DNA of 58,800 bases from an uncultured Verrucomicrobiales bacterium (GCA_964013675.1 CAXGXE010000003.1:1-58800); one strand, 5' to 3'. Counted from the first letter of the stretch, positions 10,707 to 21,241 are shown. Numbers and translations are program-made. The notes: a model not told the origin generated them from the letters alone.

Positions 10707-12059
10707 TCAGGATGCCGCCAACCGGAGCCCTTGTAAACGCTGGGAAATGCGCAAGGCGAGCTCGAGGCTTTGGGCGTAATTCAGGCGCGGATCGCAGTAG
10801 GTTTCGTAACTGCGCGAGAGATCCGCTACGGAAAGTTCCTGCGGTCCGCCCGTGCATTCGGTGACGTCCTCGCCGGTGAGTTCAAAATGCACGCCACCCA
10901 ATCGGCTGCCGGTCGCTTCGTGCGCGGCAAACGCGCCCTCCAGTTCGGCGAGTACTGCATCATAATCGCGCGTCTTCAAGCCCGTATCCGTGCTCACCGT
11001 ATTGCCGTGCATGGGATCGCACACCCATGTGATGGTGCGTCCGGCAGCCTGCACGGCCTGCACCAATGGCGGCAACGCCTCGGCGATGCGGCCCGCGCCC
11101 AGTCGTGTGATGACCGTAATGCGTCCGGGGCGATTAGCTGGCTCGAGAGCCGTAATCAACTCCACCAAATCCGCCGGTGCCATGCTCGGGCCGGCCTTGA
11201 TCCCGACTGGGTTTTCCAGCCCGCGAAAGTACTCCACATGCGCCCCATCCAGCTGGCGGGTCCGGTCGCCAATCCACAAAAAATGCGCGCCAAGATTATA
11301 CCAACGCTCGCCCACCGGCTCGGTTAAGGCGGCCTCGTAATCGAGCAGCAGCCCTTCGTGTGAGCAGAACAGCTCCACGGTCTTTAGCGCGGCCGTACCG
11401 CGGACGCCGGTGGATTCCACGAAATCGATGGCATCGCGAATACGATCCACGATGTCCTCGTAGGCAGCACGATTGGCGCTGCTGCGCACAAAGCCAAGAT
11501 CCCAATGCTGCGGATGATGCAGATCCGCGAAACCCCCATCCACCAGCGCTCGGGCATAATTCAGCGTGGCGGCGGAATGATGATATGCGGTGATTAAACG
11601 CGAAGGGTCCGCATCCCTCGCGCTTTTTTGAATCCCATTAACGATATCGCCACGATAACTTAGTAATTCTTGGCCAACTACGGTTTCTGTATCGCTGCTG
11701 CGTGGTTTGGCGTATTGGCCGGCCATTCGGCCGACGCGGATCACCGGGATGCGCGCGCCCCACGTGAGCACGAGCGACATTTGCAATAGAACCTTAAGCT
11801 TCGCCTCGATGGCCGCCTTACGGCAATCGGCAAAGCGTTCCGCGCAATCGCCGCCCTGCAGGAGAAACGCCTCGCCTCGCGCGGCCTTCGCTAGGTGCGC
11901 TCGTAAGGCCTCGACTTCCCCGTGATTCACCAACGGCGGCATCGAGCGCACGGCATCGAGCGCGGTGTTCAGCGCCACCGCATCAGCGTACTTGGGCTGC
12001 TGCACAATCGGCTTGTCGCGCCAGGAATCCGGGGTCCAATTGGCGGCCGCGTCATTCAC
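10707..12059 (-). CDS. Class II DAHP synthase
   Basis: LLQGGDCAE, GRMAGQYAKPRS, WIGDRTRQ, CDPMHGNT, CDPRLN; GTG 12059 overlapping upstream stop inferred as start. Confidence 0.95.
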   Translation of the reverse strand: MNDAAANWTPDSWRDKPIVQQPKYADAVALNTALDAVRSMPPLVNHGEVEALRAHLAKAARGEAFLLQGGDCAERFADCRKAAIEAKLKVLLQMSLVLTWGARIPVIRVGRMAGQYAKPRSSDTETVVGQELLSYRGDIVNGIQKSARDADPSRLITAYHHSAATLNYARALVDGGFADLHHPQHWDLGFVRSSANRAAYEDIVDRIRDAIDFVESTGVRGTAALKTVELFCSHEGLLLDYEAALTEPVGERWYNLGAHFLWIGDRTRQLDGAHVEYFRGLENPVGIKAGPSMAPADLVELITALEPANRPGRITVITRLGAGRIAEALPPLVQAVQAAGRTITWVCDPMHGNTVSTDTGLKTRDYDAVLAELEGAFAAHEATGSRLGGVHFELTGEDVTECTGGPQELSVADLSRSYETYCDPRLNYAQSLELALRISQRLQGLRLAAS

Positions 12060-12801
12060 TGGCGGGGGCAGAAAATGGATCGAGCGCTTTGGGTTGGGTT
12101 TCAGGCTGCGGCCCGATTGCTGAATGGCGGATGACTTTGGGTTGGCCAACAATCAGCCAGCCTTCATCCTGAAATTCAACACACTCAAAGGCGACGCCGG
12201 TTTCCAAATCCTCGCCATCGGCCTGATAATGGAGGATCACGGTGCCGCCATTGAGGCCGGCTTGCAGGTAGTTGTCGGTAATTCGGGAAGTGTTGATTTT
12301 TCCCAGTTTGGCCGCTTCCGGGTTGAGGCCGGCTTCGGTAAGGGCGAGGACGAATTGCAGATACTGTTGCTCCATGAATTGCCGACGCAGATTGGGTAGT
12401 TCGGCTTCTTGGGCCTGCCAAAATTCGTCGGTGTTGGACTGCTTGATTTTGCCGATGAGACTGTGCAGCGTGAAGTAGCGGGCCTGTTCTTTTTCTGAGC
12501 GTTCTTCACGGGGTTTCTTTTTGGCGGCGGCCAGTTCGGCTTCGTAGCTTTCTAGGGCTCGCGCGTTCCGGGCTTGGGCGATGACTTTCCAGTTGTTTAA
12601 GCCGTGGCCCAGAATGGAGAGCATCATCATATCCTCGGCATCATTGTCTGCGAGGGTTTGCTGGAATTTCTGAGCGAGATCCTTGGGTTCCCGCTTGGCT
12701 TTGGCGAGGCGCAGGCCGGTCTTTTTAGGGGGGGCGGCCTGTTCTTTTTTAGGCGAGCACCCGAGGATTAATCCAAGAAATATGAACCAAACATATCGCA
12801 C
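12052..12801 (-). CDS. Hypothetical lipoprotein
   Basis: Signal peptide ending ILGC; overlaps the DAHP synthase start. Confidence 0.65.
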   Translation of the reverse strand: MRYVWFIFLGLILGCSPKKEQAAPPKKTGLRLAKAKREPKDLAQKFQQTLADNDAEDMMMLSILGHGLNNWKVIAQARNARALESYEAELAAAKKKPREERSEKEQARYFTLHSLIGKIKQSNTDEFWQAQEAELPNLRRQFMEQQYLQFVLALTEAGLNPEAAKLGKINTSRITDNYLQAGLNGGTVILHYQADGEDLETGVAFECVEFQDEGWLIVGQPKVIRHSAIGPQPETQPKALDPFSAPASE

Positions 12802-12854
12802 GAGCCGAATGTAGCCCTATGGAGGCTAGGCTCAAGGGGGGGTTATCGACAGGG

Positions 12855-13349
12855 TTATTTGTTGAGGGCCTTCTTGAGATCGGCAGTGTAAGCTTGGGCG
12901 TTTTTGTTGCCGAATCCTTCTTCGCGATGTACCACGCTACCGTCCACATCTAGGACCAGGACGGTTGGAAAGCTCCCTATTTTATACTGTTCTGCCAGAG
13001 CGCGGTTGGCGAGTTCTACTTTTTCGTCAAGAGGCTTGTTTTTTGGGAAGTCAATGACGACCAACTCGAGGTTTTTCTCAGCGAAATCGAGAAACGCTTT
13101 TTGCGTGAGCACATGGTCGTGCAGTGCCATGCAGGGCGGACACCAGTCACTGCCGGTGAAATCCACGAACACAAGCTTGTTGTTCGTGGCGGCCTGAGCC
13201 TTGGCGATCTCGAGATTGTCGCCCCACAGTTGCTTGGCGCGAGGATCGGGCGAGGGGACTTCGGCAGCGTTCTGGTATGCGTTTTGTTGTGGTCCGCAGG
13301 CGATTAGGCCCAGCATGGCCGTCAGGCAGATGAGTGGTAGTGGTTTCAT
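12855..13349 (-). CDS. Thioredoxin-family lipoprotein
   Basis: Lipobox LIAC; FTGSDWCPPC; cis-Pro FPT. Confidence 0.9.
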   Translation of the reverse strand: MKPLPLICLTAMLGLIACGPQQNAYQNAAEVPSPDPRAKQLWGDNLEIAKAQAATNNKLVFVDFTGSDWCPPCMALHDHVLTQKAFLDFAEKNLELVVIDFPKNKPLDEKVELANRALAEQYKIGSFPTVLVLDVDGSVVHREEGFGNKNAQAYTADLKKALNK

Positions 13350-14437
13350 TGCTTCTTGGGGGTGGGGGGAGTGGGTTTAGGGGGCGTGAGGGATTCGATG
13401 AAATCCGCTGGGCTAACGCCGTTGTAGCCCTTTAGACGTTGGACTTCGGTGCCGTTGGCTTCAAGCACGAGCACGACGGGAAAGCTTTGCACGCGATAGG
13501 CGCGCGCGAGGATTTGATTGGCTTCCCGCTGCGGATCGGCTTGCGGTTTGTTGCGCGGAAAATCCACCTTCACGAGGACAAAATGTTCGTTGGCGTGTTG
13601 GAGAAACTCCGGTTGGGTTAACACATTTTTGTTCAGGCCGATGCAGAGCGGTTCCCAATCGGAACCGGTGAAGTTCACTAACAGCCGTTTCTTTTGTTCG
13701 GTGGCGCGTAATTGGGCGGCGGGGAAATCCTCGGTCCAGGCCTTTTCGGCTTCGGCCTGGGCGGCGAGGTCGATGAGCTCAATATCGGCACCCAATACCC
13801 AGCCGTGGCCGGGGAGTTTCACGCAGTTGTTGAGCTTGAGCTGATAGCTGCGGCCGGCGCAACTGAAGAGCACATCAGCTGCACCTTCGGGCAGGGGAGT
13901 GGCCAGGTTTACGCCCGGCCGCACGACGATGCTCGGGGCGGTGGATTGTGTCCAATCCGGCGCATCCTCAGCGGCGGCTTGGGTGAGAAGGGTGGTGTTT
14001 TGTTTTTTGAATTCCTGCACGCCTTCGGTCAGGCCGGCTTTCATGGGTTCAAATTGACGGTTCGGTTCGGCGAGAAACAGTTCGAGTTTCTCCAGTGTAT
14101 TGGTGTGTACGGTTGTGCGGTTAGTGGCGGGCACGGCCTTGATGCGGGCGGCGCTGATGCGGGCATCGACGATGTACACTTGTTTCATGCCAGCGTGCAG
14201 GGTTTCCACGGGTAATCCCCAGAGCGCTAGGGGAGCAAGCTTGGCGGGGTCGCCACTGAGGAAGGCGGCATGCACCTGACTGGCGAGTTCGCGGATTGCC
14301 GCTTCGGCTTCGCCCTGCGGATCAGCCTTCACAAGCGGCTTGAGCTGGTGGGGGGCGGGTTGAGCTCTGGGTTTGCAGCCGAAGAGGCCGGCCGCTAATA
14401 GTGTGATTCCCAGTACACATGCCAACGAACCGCGCAT
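13346..14437 (-). CDS. Lipoprotein with C-terminal thioredoxin-like domain (ExxC variant)
   Basis: Lipobox LFGC; C-terminal domain parallels neighbour but reads FTGSDWEPLC. Confidence 0.8.
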   Translation of the reverse strand: MRGSLACVLGITLLAAGLFGCKPRAQPAPHQLKPLVKADPQGEAEAAIRELASQVHAAFLSGDPAKLAPLALWGLPVETLHAGMKQVYIVDARISAARIKAVPATNRTTVHTNTLEKLELFLAEPNRQFEPMKAGLTEGVQEFKKQNTTLLTQAAAEDAPDWTQSTAPSIVVRPGVNLATPLPEGAADVLFSCAGRSYQLKLNNCVKLPGHGWVLGADIELIDLAAQAEAEKAWTEDFPAAQLRATEQKKRLLVNFTGSDWEPLCIGLNKNVLTQPEFLQHANEHFVLVKVDFPRNKPQADPQREANQILARAYRVQSFPVVLVLEANGTEVQRLKGYNGVSPADFIESLTPPKPTPPTPKKQ

Positions 14438-14542
14438 GGGCTCAAGGTAGTCGCGCGCTGCACCGGCGTCAATCCGCAGCCGTCAGGGCGAGGCGAATCT
14501 TCAGTCTGCCGAGGATGGAGTAATCCTCGGAAGTGAGTGGCG

Positions 14543-15226
14543 CTAGTACGAGCGCCCAGCGCGGTCGAAATTCTTGCCGTCAATCAGGCGCCCTTGAAGA
14601 TATTCGCCTTGAAGTTTCACTTGATCCGTGGCGGCGTAGTAAAAATACACTGTGCCAGTGTACAGACGGCCCTTTTTCCAGAGACCCTCGCGATGAGGGA
14701 GCCCTGCTGCATCGCGCTGCAAACCTTCGCCTTCGCGGAGACCTCCGTGGAATTCGCCTTCATAAAGCACGCGCCCTTCGGCATCTGTTTCCTGGCCAAT
14801 CCCGCTGAACGGGGCGGTGGCTTCCGGGGCGTACACCAACCCATCGTCCTGCCGGATTACTGCCCGCGCGCGAGTGGTGGCCGGGGCTGATTGCGATTCG
14901 GGGGTGGGAAGTTGAGGGATAGTTGGCTCCGTTGGCTTGGCGGGTACGGGAGCCTCCACGGTTTCCGGATTGAAGCCGGGTATCAACGGTGGCGCCATGT
15001 AGGGCGGCTCGGCTGGCGTAATATCTGGCTGGGTGTCTGGCGGGGTCTCAGGCCCGGGCAAGGCGGGGGCGGTCGCTTCTGCGGCTTCATCCGGCCCGAG
15101 ATTATCGGGGATCTGAATCAACGGCTGCTCCGTCACGGGCGCGGTGGAGTTGGGAAACGTAATGCCGCAGCCCGTATTTAACAGCGCCAGCGCTAAGCCA
15201 AGCGCCAACCCTAGTATGGGGTTCAT
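14543..15226 (-). CDS. Pro-rich lipoprotein with MORN-like C-terminal repeats
   Basis: Start MNPILG; lipobox NTGC; PE/PT-rich linker; YEGEFHGGLREGEG motif. Confidence 0.7.
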   Translation of the reverse strand: MNPILGLALGLALALLNTGCGITFPNSTAPVTEQPLIQIPDNLGPDEAAEATAPALPGPETPPDTQPDITPAEPPYMAPPLIPGFNPETVEAPVPAKPTEPTIPQLPTPESQSAPATTRARAVIRQDDGLVYAPEATAPFSGIGQETDAEGRVLYEGEFHGGLREGEGLQRDAAGLPHREGLWKKGRLYTGTVYFYYAATDQVKLQGEYLQGRLIDGKNFDRAGRSY

Positions 15227-15296
15227 GGTCTTCACAGTACCCTCAAACAAAGCAAATGCAATGCCAGTTGGGCGATTGAGGCGTTCGAAATCCTCC

Positions 15297-16514
15297 TTAT
15301 TCTGGCTGTTCAGCCTCATTTTTGTAGGCCTTCCATTTCTCGTATTCGGGGGACGCCATGTAGTTGTCGAAGGGTTCGGCTTTGTTGAAATCAATTGGAA
15401 AACGGACAGGGGTTTCAGCCTCCAACGCCTTGAGCACGCGGGTGGTTTCGACGTGGTTTTGGGTCTCAATCGCCTGATCGAGCAGAATGCCATAGCCTTC
15501 GGTGGCCTTGTCCGGCAGGGCTTTGATGAGCGTCTCCACGAAGCCTCGCGCCGCCTCGGCATGGTTTTGGCCCATCGCGATGTTGGCGCGGAAGAGGTTC
15601 AGATAGGGATCACCGCCGACCTGTTGATCCAGCTGATCCACGGCCTTGGCGGCTTTTGGAAAATCCTGGCCGAGAAAATGGTAACTCATCATTATCAACG
15701 GCAGATTATTCGCCTTCGGAAATGCGGCTTGAAAAGCTTCGACGGCTTCCCGGTACGCATTGCCGATCGGGTTGCCGGCCTGCATTTTTTGTGCGGCCAC
15801 GCCTTCGGCCGCCATGATGCGCATTTGCATGATGCTTTTTTGTTTCTGCCACCGAGGCGGGAGGGCGCTCAGGATGGCCTCCGTGGTGGCGGGTTTGCCG
15901 GCTTGCAGGGCGGCCATCGCGCGTTGCATGCCTTGGGCGACAGCCAGACTGTCAGCCTCGGAGCCTCCGGATAACTGCCCCATCATGCGGCCAAGCGTGT
16001 GGCTGAGCGGTTCGCCGTAGATATAAACATATATATCCACCGCCACCGGCTGTTGGCCGGCGTTGCGGCCAATGGTGAGTCGATGATAGTTCAAGCTGCC
16101 GTCTGGCAGAATTAGGCGCATGTGAGCTGCGGCGCCTTCGGGAGTTTCCTCCACACTCAGGAACCGGTAATCGCCGGCACTCAGATCGTTGAGCAGATTC
16201 CCGCTCAACGTGCTGAGAATACCGCGGGTCACTTCCTTGGTCTGGGCTGTGCCGCGCATATTCTCAGGCATGCCGTGCTCGACCATAGCCACAAAATCCA
16301 GCAACTTTGCAAACTCGGCGGCGTTATTGTGTTGCACTGCCTGCTCTAGGGAACGTCCCAACGCTTCCGCTTCGGTCAGGGTAATCTTGGGGCCTTGAGT
16401 CACCGCCTCGGGCGGTGCCGAAGGCGGCTCAATTTGCCTCAGAGTTTCCGGCTCTTTTTTGCAGGCACACAACGCCAGCAACAGGGCGCACCCGAACGTT
16501 ATCATGGACTTCAC
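15297..16514 (-). CDS. Hypothetical lipoprotein, helical (TPR-like) C-terminal half
   Basis: Lipobox LCAC; 405-aa ORF with host-like codon usage. Confidence 0.7.
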   Translation of the reverse strand: MKSMITFGCALLLALCACKKEPETLRQIEPPSAPPEAVTQGPKITLTEAEALGRSLEQAVQHNNAAEFAKLLDFVAMVEHGMPENMRGTAQTKEVTRGILSTLSGNLLNDLSAGDYRFLSVEETPEGAAAHMRLILPDGSLNYHRLTIGRNAGQQPVAVDIYVYIYGEPLSHTLGRMMGQLSGGSEADSLAVAQGMQRAMAALQAGKPATTEAILSALPPRWQKQKSIMQMRIMAAEGVAAQKMQAGNPIGNAYREAVEAFQAAFPKANNLPLIMMSYHFLGQDFPKAAKAVDQLDQQVGGDPYLNLFRANIAMGQNHAEAARGFVETLIKALPDKATEGYGILLDQAIETQNHVETTRVLKALEAETPVRFPIDFNKAEPFDNYMASPEYEKWKAYKNEAEQPE

Positions 16515-16619
16515 GCAGTGGATGCTAAGAAACCGGTGATGAATCGTCTATGGCAAATCAAGTGCTTCGCGGTGGCGTGAGTTTACTTGGCGGCGCATTA
16601 TCGGTAACATCGGCCACCG

Positions 16620-16787
16620 CCGATCTATGAATTTCATTGCGCGGATTGCGAGAAAAGTGGCGAATTGCTGATGAGATCCAGTGATTGGAGCGATGAAAAA
16701 TGTCCTCATTGCGGCTCGCGCCCGCGTTGGCCGAAGCCCCTTCCTGCTCGCCGCCTCAACGTACCAAAAATCGATTATTCTGTGTAA
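16620..16787 (+). pseudogene. FmdB-family zinc-ribbon remnant lacking a start codon
   Basis: Translates PIYEFHCADC...KCPHCGS; codon before P is CCG and an in-frame TAA lies at 16605. Confidence 0.6.
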
Positions 16788-16908
16788 TTTTAGAATAAAT
16801 TGCGGAAAACACCGCCGATTTATTTGATTTTATGGAATATTTTGTTTTTTTGTGGTTTTTAATTTGACCCAACGGAGTATGTTTGTTTTTCTCGCAACCT
16901 GAAAGGAG

Positions 16909-17013
16909 ATGGAGAACCAAAACCCTAACAATTCATTCGATAAAGTCATGGCAGTAATCGCTATTTTGGCTCTGATTGGGTTCGTGGTGGGCTTGTTCAA
17001 GATCATGGGTTAA
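16909..17013 (+). CDS. Possible 34-aa single-TM small protein
   Basis: MENQNPNNSFDKVMAVIAILALIGFVVGLFKIMG; one clean hydrophobic helix. Confidence 0.4.
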   Translation: MENQNPNNSFDKVMAVIAILALIGFVVGLFKIMG

Positions 17014-17114
17014 AGGGCTGTTTGCGCCTTGTTTTCACGCAGTCATTGCGTCATATATTTGCCAGCACGAATTGAATGCGACGGTGAATTTAGCCGCCCA
17101 CATCTACATTACCC

Positions 17115-19895
17115 ATGAAATTGCGTTTTCTCTCCTTATTGGCTGCAACCGTGGCGTTTGGCGGTCCGGTGGTGGCGAAGGAGAAACTGGCGACTGCGGA
17201 GCAGCGGTTTGGCGGGAAGGCGGAGCAGGCGGAGAGCCCAAGCTTTCGCCGGCACGTCGTGCCGCTGGCCAGTAAGTTAGGCTGCAGTGGGCGGGAATGC
17301 CACGGTTCGTTTCAAGGACGCGGCGATTTTCAGTTGAGCCTGTTCGGCTACGATTTCGGCAAGGATCACAAGGCGATCACTAATGACTCGGAGCATCGTA
17401 TCCGCGTGGATCTGGACAATCCCGCAGAGAGTTTGTTCATTCAAAAACCGCTCAAGCAGGTGAAGCACAAGGGTGGGGAGATTTACGACGAAGGTAGCTG
17501 GGAGCACAATGTGATGCTCAAGTGGATTCAGGATGGCGCGAAGCTGGATGTGGAAGAGACCGGCGCGTTTGATCGACTGGAGGTGTTTCCTAAGGAGTTT
17601 GTTGGTAACAAGGTGGGCGACACGATGCAGCTCAAGGTGTTGGCCTACTGGCAGGACGGTACGGTGGAGGATGTCACCTCCTTCACACGGTTTGATACCA
17701 ACGACGAGAGCGTCGCGACGGTCAATGATCTGGGCGAGGTGAAAATAGTCGGCAAGGGCGATTCACACGTGGTGGCATTTTACGACAATGGCGTGCTGCC
17801 GCTGCCTGTGATGTTACCGGTGAGCGATCAAGTGGGTGCCAAGTATCCGAAGGTGAAAGCCAATACGCCGATTGATAAAGCGATTGCCACCAAGCTGCAG
17901 AAGGTGGGTATTGTGCCGAGCGACTTGTGCACGGATCAGGAATTTCTACGTCGGGTGACTCTAGATGTGACCGGCACGTTGCCGACGGCGAAGGAAGTGA
18001 AAGATTTTCTCGCTAGCAAGGATTCTAAGAAACGGCAGAAGAAGGTGAACGAATTGCTCGCCCGCCCGGCGTACGCGGCTTGGTGGACCACAAAGCTCAA
18101 TGATTTTCAGGGCAACAGCCCGCAGCAAATCCGTGTTAGTCAATACCTGCCGCGTGATGTAAATCTCAGCAGCGATTGGTACAACTGGGTGTACAAGCGC
18201 GTGCTCGAAAACAAGCCCTACGATGAGATTGTGGAGGGCATCGTGCTGGCCTCAGGTCGGTCCAAACCGGATCAATCCTACATCGATTACACCAAGGAAA
18301 TGGCGCAATATCATCGAGAGAAAAATCCCAAGGATTTTGCCGAGCGCAAGGATATGCCGTGGTTCTGGGCCCGACGTAATATCCGCCAGCCCGAGGAAAA
18401 GGCGATGGCCTTTGCCTATAGCTTCCTCGGTGTGCGCATCCAGTGCGCTCAGTGCCACAAGCACCCGTTTGACCAATGGACACAAGCCGACTTCAACTCG
18501 TTCAAGGCCTTCTTTGAGCGCATCACCATGGGCAGCCAAAACCTACCGCAGGACAAGGGCAACAACTACCGCGACCTCACCAATAAGCTGCGCGAGATAG
18601 CCAACTACGATCCCAAGGATAAGACCCAAAACCGAAACCGCGCCCTCCGGCCAGTGGTGGAGAAACGCGTGGCCGCGGGTGAGCCGGTGCCGTGGCAGGA
18701 GGTGTATATCCGCGCCGAACAAAACCGCAAATACTCCCCGGCCCAAATCGAGAAGATTAAGAAGCGTAACCCGAACTTTAACACTCGCGTGATCACGCCC
18801 AAGGTGCTCGGCGGTGATACCATGGATGTGAAATATCCCGATCCGCGCACGCCGTTGATGGACTGGTTGCGCGCCAAAGAAAACCCCTACTTCGCCCGCG
18901 CTTTTGTGAACCGTGTGTGGGCACATTATTTCAACCGCGGCCTGGTGGAGCCGGCCGATGACCTAAACCTCGCCAACCCGCCCACCAACGCAGGCGTCAT
19001 GACGCATCTTGCCGAGGGTTTCGTGTCCAGCGGATACGACATGAAATGGGTGCATCGCGAAATCTTAAACTCCGACGCCTACCAACGATCCTGGCGCGTG
19101 AACGCCACCAACGAGCATGATGACAAGAATTTCAGCCGCTACGTTATCAAGCGCCTGCCCGCCGAGGTGGCTGCTGACGCCATTCGTCTGGCCACCGGCT
19201 CCAGCGAGCGCGTGGAGGAATTTGCCAATAATATGGACACTCGCATGATCGGCAACAGCAGCGTGGGCAATTACCGCGGCCGCTCCGCCAACTACATGCT
19301 CGGCATCTTCGGCAAACCGCAGCGCGAGAATAATTGCGACTGCGAGCGCACTGTCGATCCGACCTTGCTGCAGACCCTTTACACCCGGAATGATCCCGAG
19401 ATGCTCACGCAGCTTTCCGCTCGCGGCGGTTGGCTTGATGAGCTGCGCCGGGAACACGAGATTCTATCCGCTGACGATAACCACCGTCAGATCACTCGCT
19501 ATCAGAAGAACATTAAGACCGCCCGCAAACGTCTCGCGCAATTGCAGGCCACCCTGCCGAAGAAGCCGGTCGACGGTGAACCCGGCGCGCTGAAGGAGTA
19601 CGAGGCCAGGATTCAGGCCTATAAAAAGCAGAAGATGAAGATCGACAACGCTCTGCGCGAGTACACCGAGAAAATGGCCGAGCTGCGACCGCAACCCGGC
19701 GCCATGCGGGAGTTGCCCGAAGGTACCGAAGCGCTCATCACCGAGACCTTCCTGCGCACCGTGAGCCGGTACCCCACCCATAAGGAAATGGAAATGGCCC
19801 GCACGGATTTGAGTAAAGCCCCGAACGTCGTGGCCGGCGTGCAGGAACTCCTGCTGGCCCTACTCAACACTAAGGAATTTATGGTTAATCACTAG
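17115..19895 (+). CDS. DUF1549/DUF1553 domain protein with Ig-like domain
   Basis: Signal peptide; GCSGRECHG, FLRRVTLD, IQCAQCHKHPF, NPYFARAFVNRVW, CDCER, KEFMVNH. Confidence 0.9.
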   Translation: MKLRFLSLLAATVAFGGPVVAKEKLATAEQRFGGKAEQAESPSFRRHVVPLASKLGCSGRECHGSFQGRGDFQLSLFGYDFGKDHKAITNDSEHRIRVDLDNPAESLFIQKPLKQVKHKGGEIYDEGSWEHNVMLKWIQDGAKLDVEETGAFDRLEVFPKEFVGNKVGDTMQLKVLAYWQDGTVEDVTSFTRFDTNDESVATVNDLGEVKIVGKGDSHVVAFYDNGVLPLPVMLPVSDQVGAKYPKVKANTPIDKAIATKLQKVGIVPSDLCTDQEFLRRVTLDVTGTLPTAKEVKDFLASKDSKKRQKKVNELLARPAYAAWWTTKLNDFQGNSPQQIRVSQYLPRDVNLSSDWYNWVYKRVLENKPYDEIVEGIVLASGRSKPDQSYIDYTKEMAQYHREKNPKDFAERKDMPWFWARRNIRQPEEKAMAFAYSFLGVRIQCAQCHKHPFDQWTQADFNSFKAFFERITMGSQNLPQDKGNNYRDLTNKLREIANYDPKDKTQNRNRALRPVVEKRVAAGEPVPWQEVYIRAEQNRKYSPAQIEKIKKRNPNFNTRVITPKVLGGDTMDVKYPDPRTPLMDWLRAKENPYFARAFVNRVWAHYFNRGLVEPADDLNLANPPTNAGVMTHLAEGFVSSGYDMKWVHREILNSDAYQRSWRVNATNEHDDKNFSRYVIKRLPAEVAADAIRLATGSSERVEEFANNMDTRMIGNSSVGNYRGRSANYMLGIFGKPQRENNCDCERTVDPTLLQTLYTRNDPEMLTQLSARGGWLDELRREHEILSADDNHRQITRYQKNIKTARKRLAQLQATLPKKPVDGEPGALKEYEARIQAYKKQKMKIDNALREYTEKMAELRPQPGAMRELPEGTEALITETFLRTVSRYPTHKEMEMARTDLSKAPNVVAGVQELLLALLNTKEFMVNH

Positions 19896-19936
19896 GGCAG
19901 ACTTGAGATTAATTTAACTTTAACCAACACACTACA

Positions 19937-21241
19937 ATGGCAACACACACATTCTGCGACGGCGTTCAGCGGCGCGACTTCCTAAAGGTCGGCGCGGTGA
20001 GCGGATTCGGGCTGGGCATGGGCCTGCCCCAATTCCTAGCCAAGGCCAAGGAAGGCGATCTCAACCCCAAGGCCAAGGGCAAGGCGGCCATCTTCGTGCG
20101 CTTGGGCGGCGGCCCCACTCACATGGATACCTTTGATCTCAAGCCGGATGCGCCCGATACGCACCGCGGCGAGTTCAAGGAGATCAAAACTAATGTGCCT
20201 GGCATGCGTTTCTGCGAACACCTGCCCAAGCTCGCGAAGGTGGCTGATAAGTTTGCCATCTTGCGAGGGGTTAGTCACACGCTGGCCGCCCACGGGCTCG
20301 GTACTCAGTATTTGATGACCGGCAACCGTCCTCTGCCCAGCCTCCGGTACCCTAGCTACGGCGCGGTGGTCAGTAAGGAAATGGAGAGCCCCAAGGAACT
20401 GCCCGCGTTTGTGGCTGTGCCGAATCAAGGCAATTATCCCACTGGCTTTCTCGGCGTGGAATACGGTCCGTTTGAGACCGGTAGCACGCCGACGGCCGGC
20501 GAGCCCATGCAGGTGCGTGGCCTCGCCCTGCGCGGCATCACGCTTGATGACGTGGATCGCCGCAACAACATGGTGGCTAAGTATGATCAGGCCTTTGGCA
20601 GTTTTGCCCAGAACGATAAGATCCTCGCGGGCATGGATGAATTCAGCGCCAAGGCCTACCAGATGATGCGTAGCACCAAGGCGCGCGAGGCCTTCGATCT
20701 TACCAAAGAGAGCGCCGGCATCACCGGCATGTTCGATGACCAGCCCTTCTCCCAGAGCTGCCTGCTCGCCACGCGCCTTGTGGAAAGCGGTGTGAGATTT
20801 GTCACCCTCAACCTCGGTGGTTGGGACACCCACCAGGATAACTGGAGCCGTCTTAAGGATCGCAACCTGCCCGCGCTCGATGCCGGTCTGAGTGGCCTCT
20901 ACCGGGCGTTGGAGGAAAAAGGCTTGTTGGAGAGCACCTCCGTGTTTGTCACCGGCGAATTTGGCCGCACCCCCAAGATCAATCAGCGGGTGGGCCGCGA
21001 TCATTACCCGCGGGCGATGTTTTGCCTGATGGCCGGCGGCGGTATGCAAGGTGGCCAGGTGATCGGCGCCTCAGATGCCAAGGGTGAAGGCCCCAAGGAT
21101 CGCGCCATCTCTCCCGACGACGTGGCCGCGAGTTTCATGCATTCCTTGGGCATCGATCACACCAGGGAATATCATACACCTACAGGGAGGCCCGTGATGA
21201 TCGTGCGCGACGGCACGGTAATTCCCGAACTATTTAGTTAA
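19937..21241 (+). CDS. DUF1501 domain protein
   Basis: RRDFLK Tat-like motif, GGPTHMDTFD, GWDTH, GEFGRTPKIN, GRDH. Confidence 0.92.
   Translation: MATHTFCDGVQRRDFLKVGAVSGFGLGMGLPQFLAKAKEGDLNPKAKGKAAIFVRLGGGPTHMDTFDLKPDAPDTHRGEFKEIKTNVPGMRFCEHLPKLAKVADKFAILRGVSHTLAAHGLGTQYLMTGNRPLPSLRYPSYGAVVSKEMESPKELPAFVAVPNQGNYPTGFLGVEYGPFETGSTPTAGEPMQVRGLALRGITLDDVDRRNNMVAKYDQAFGSFAQNDKILAGMDEFSAKAYQMMRSTKAREAFDLTKESAGITGMFDDQPFSQSCLLATRLVESGVRFVTLNLGGWDTHQDNWSRLKDRNLPALDAGLSGLYRALEEKGLLESTSVFVTGEFGRTPKINQRVGRDHYPRAMFCLMAGGGMQGGQVIGASDAKGEGPKDRAISPDDVAASFMHSLGIDHTREYHTPTGRPVMIVRDGTVIPELFS

Noticed and set aside
13640-13670. Selenocysteine in the thioredoxin motif
   Set aside because: The codon is GAA (Glu), not TGA
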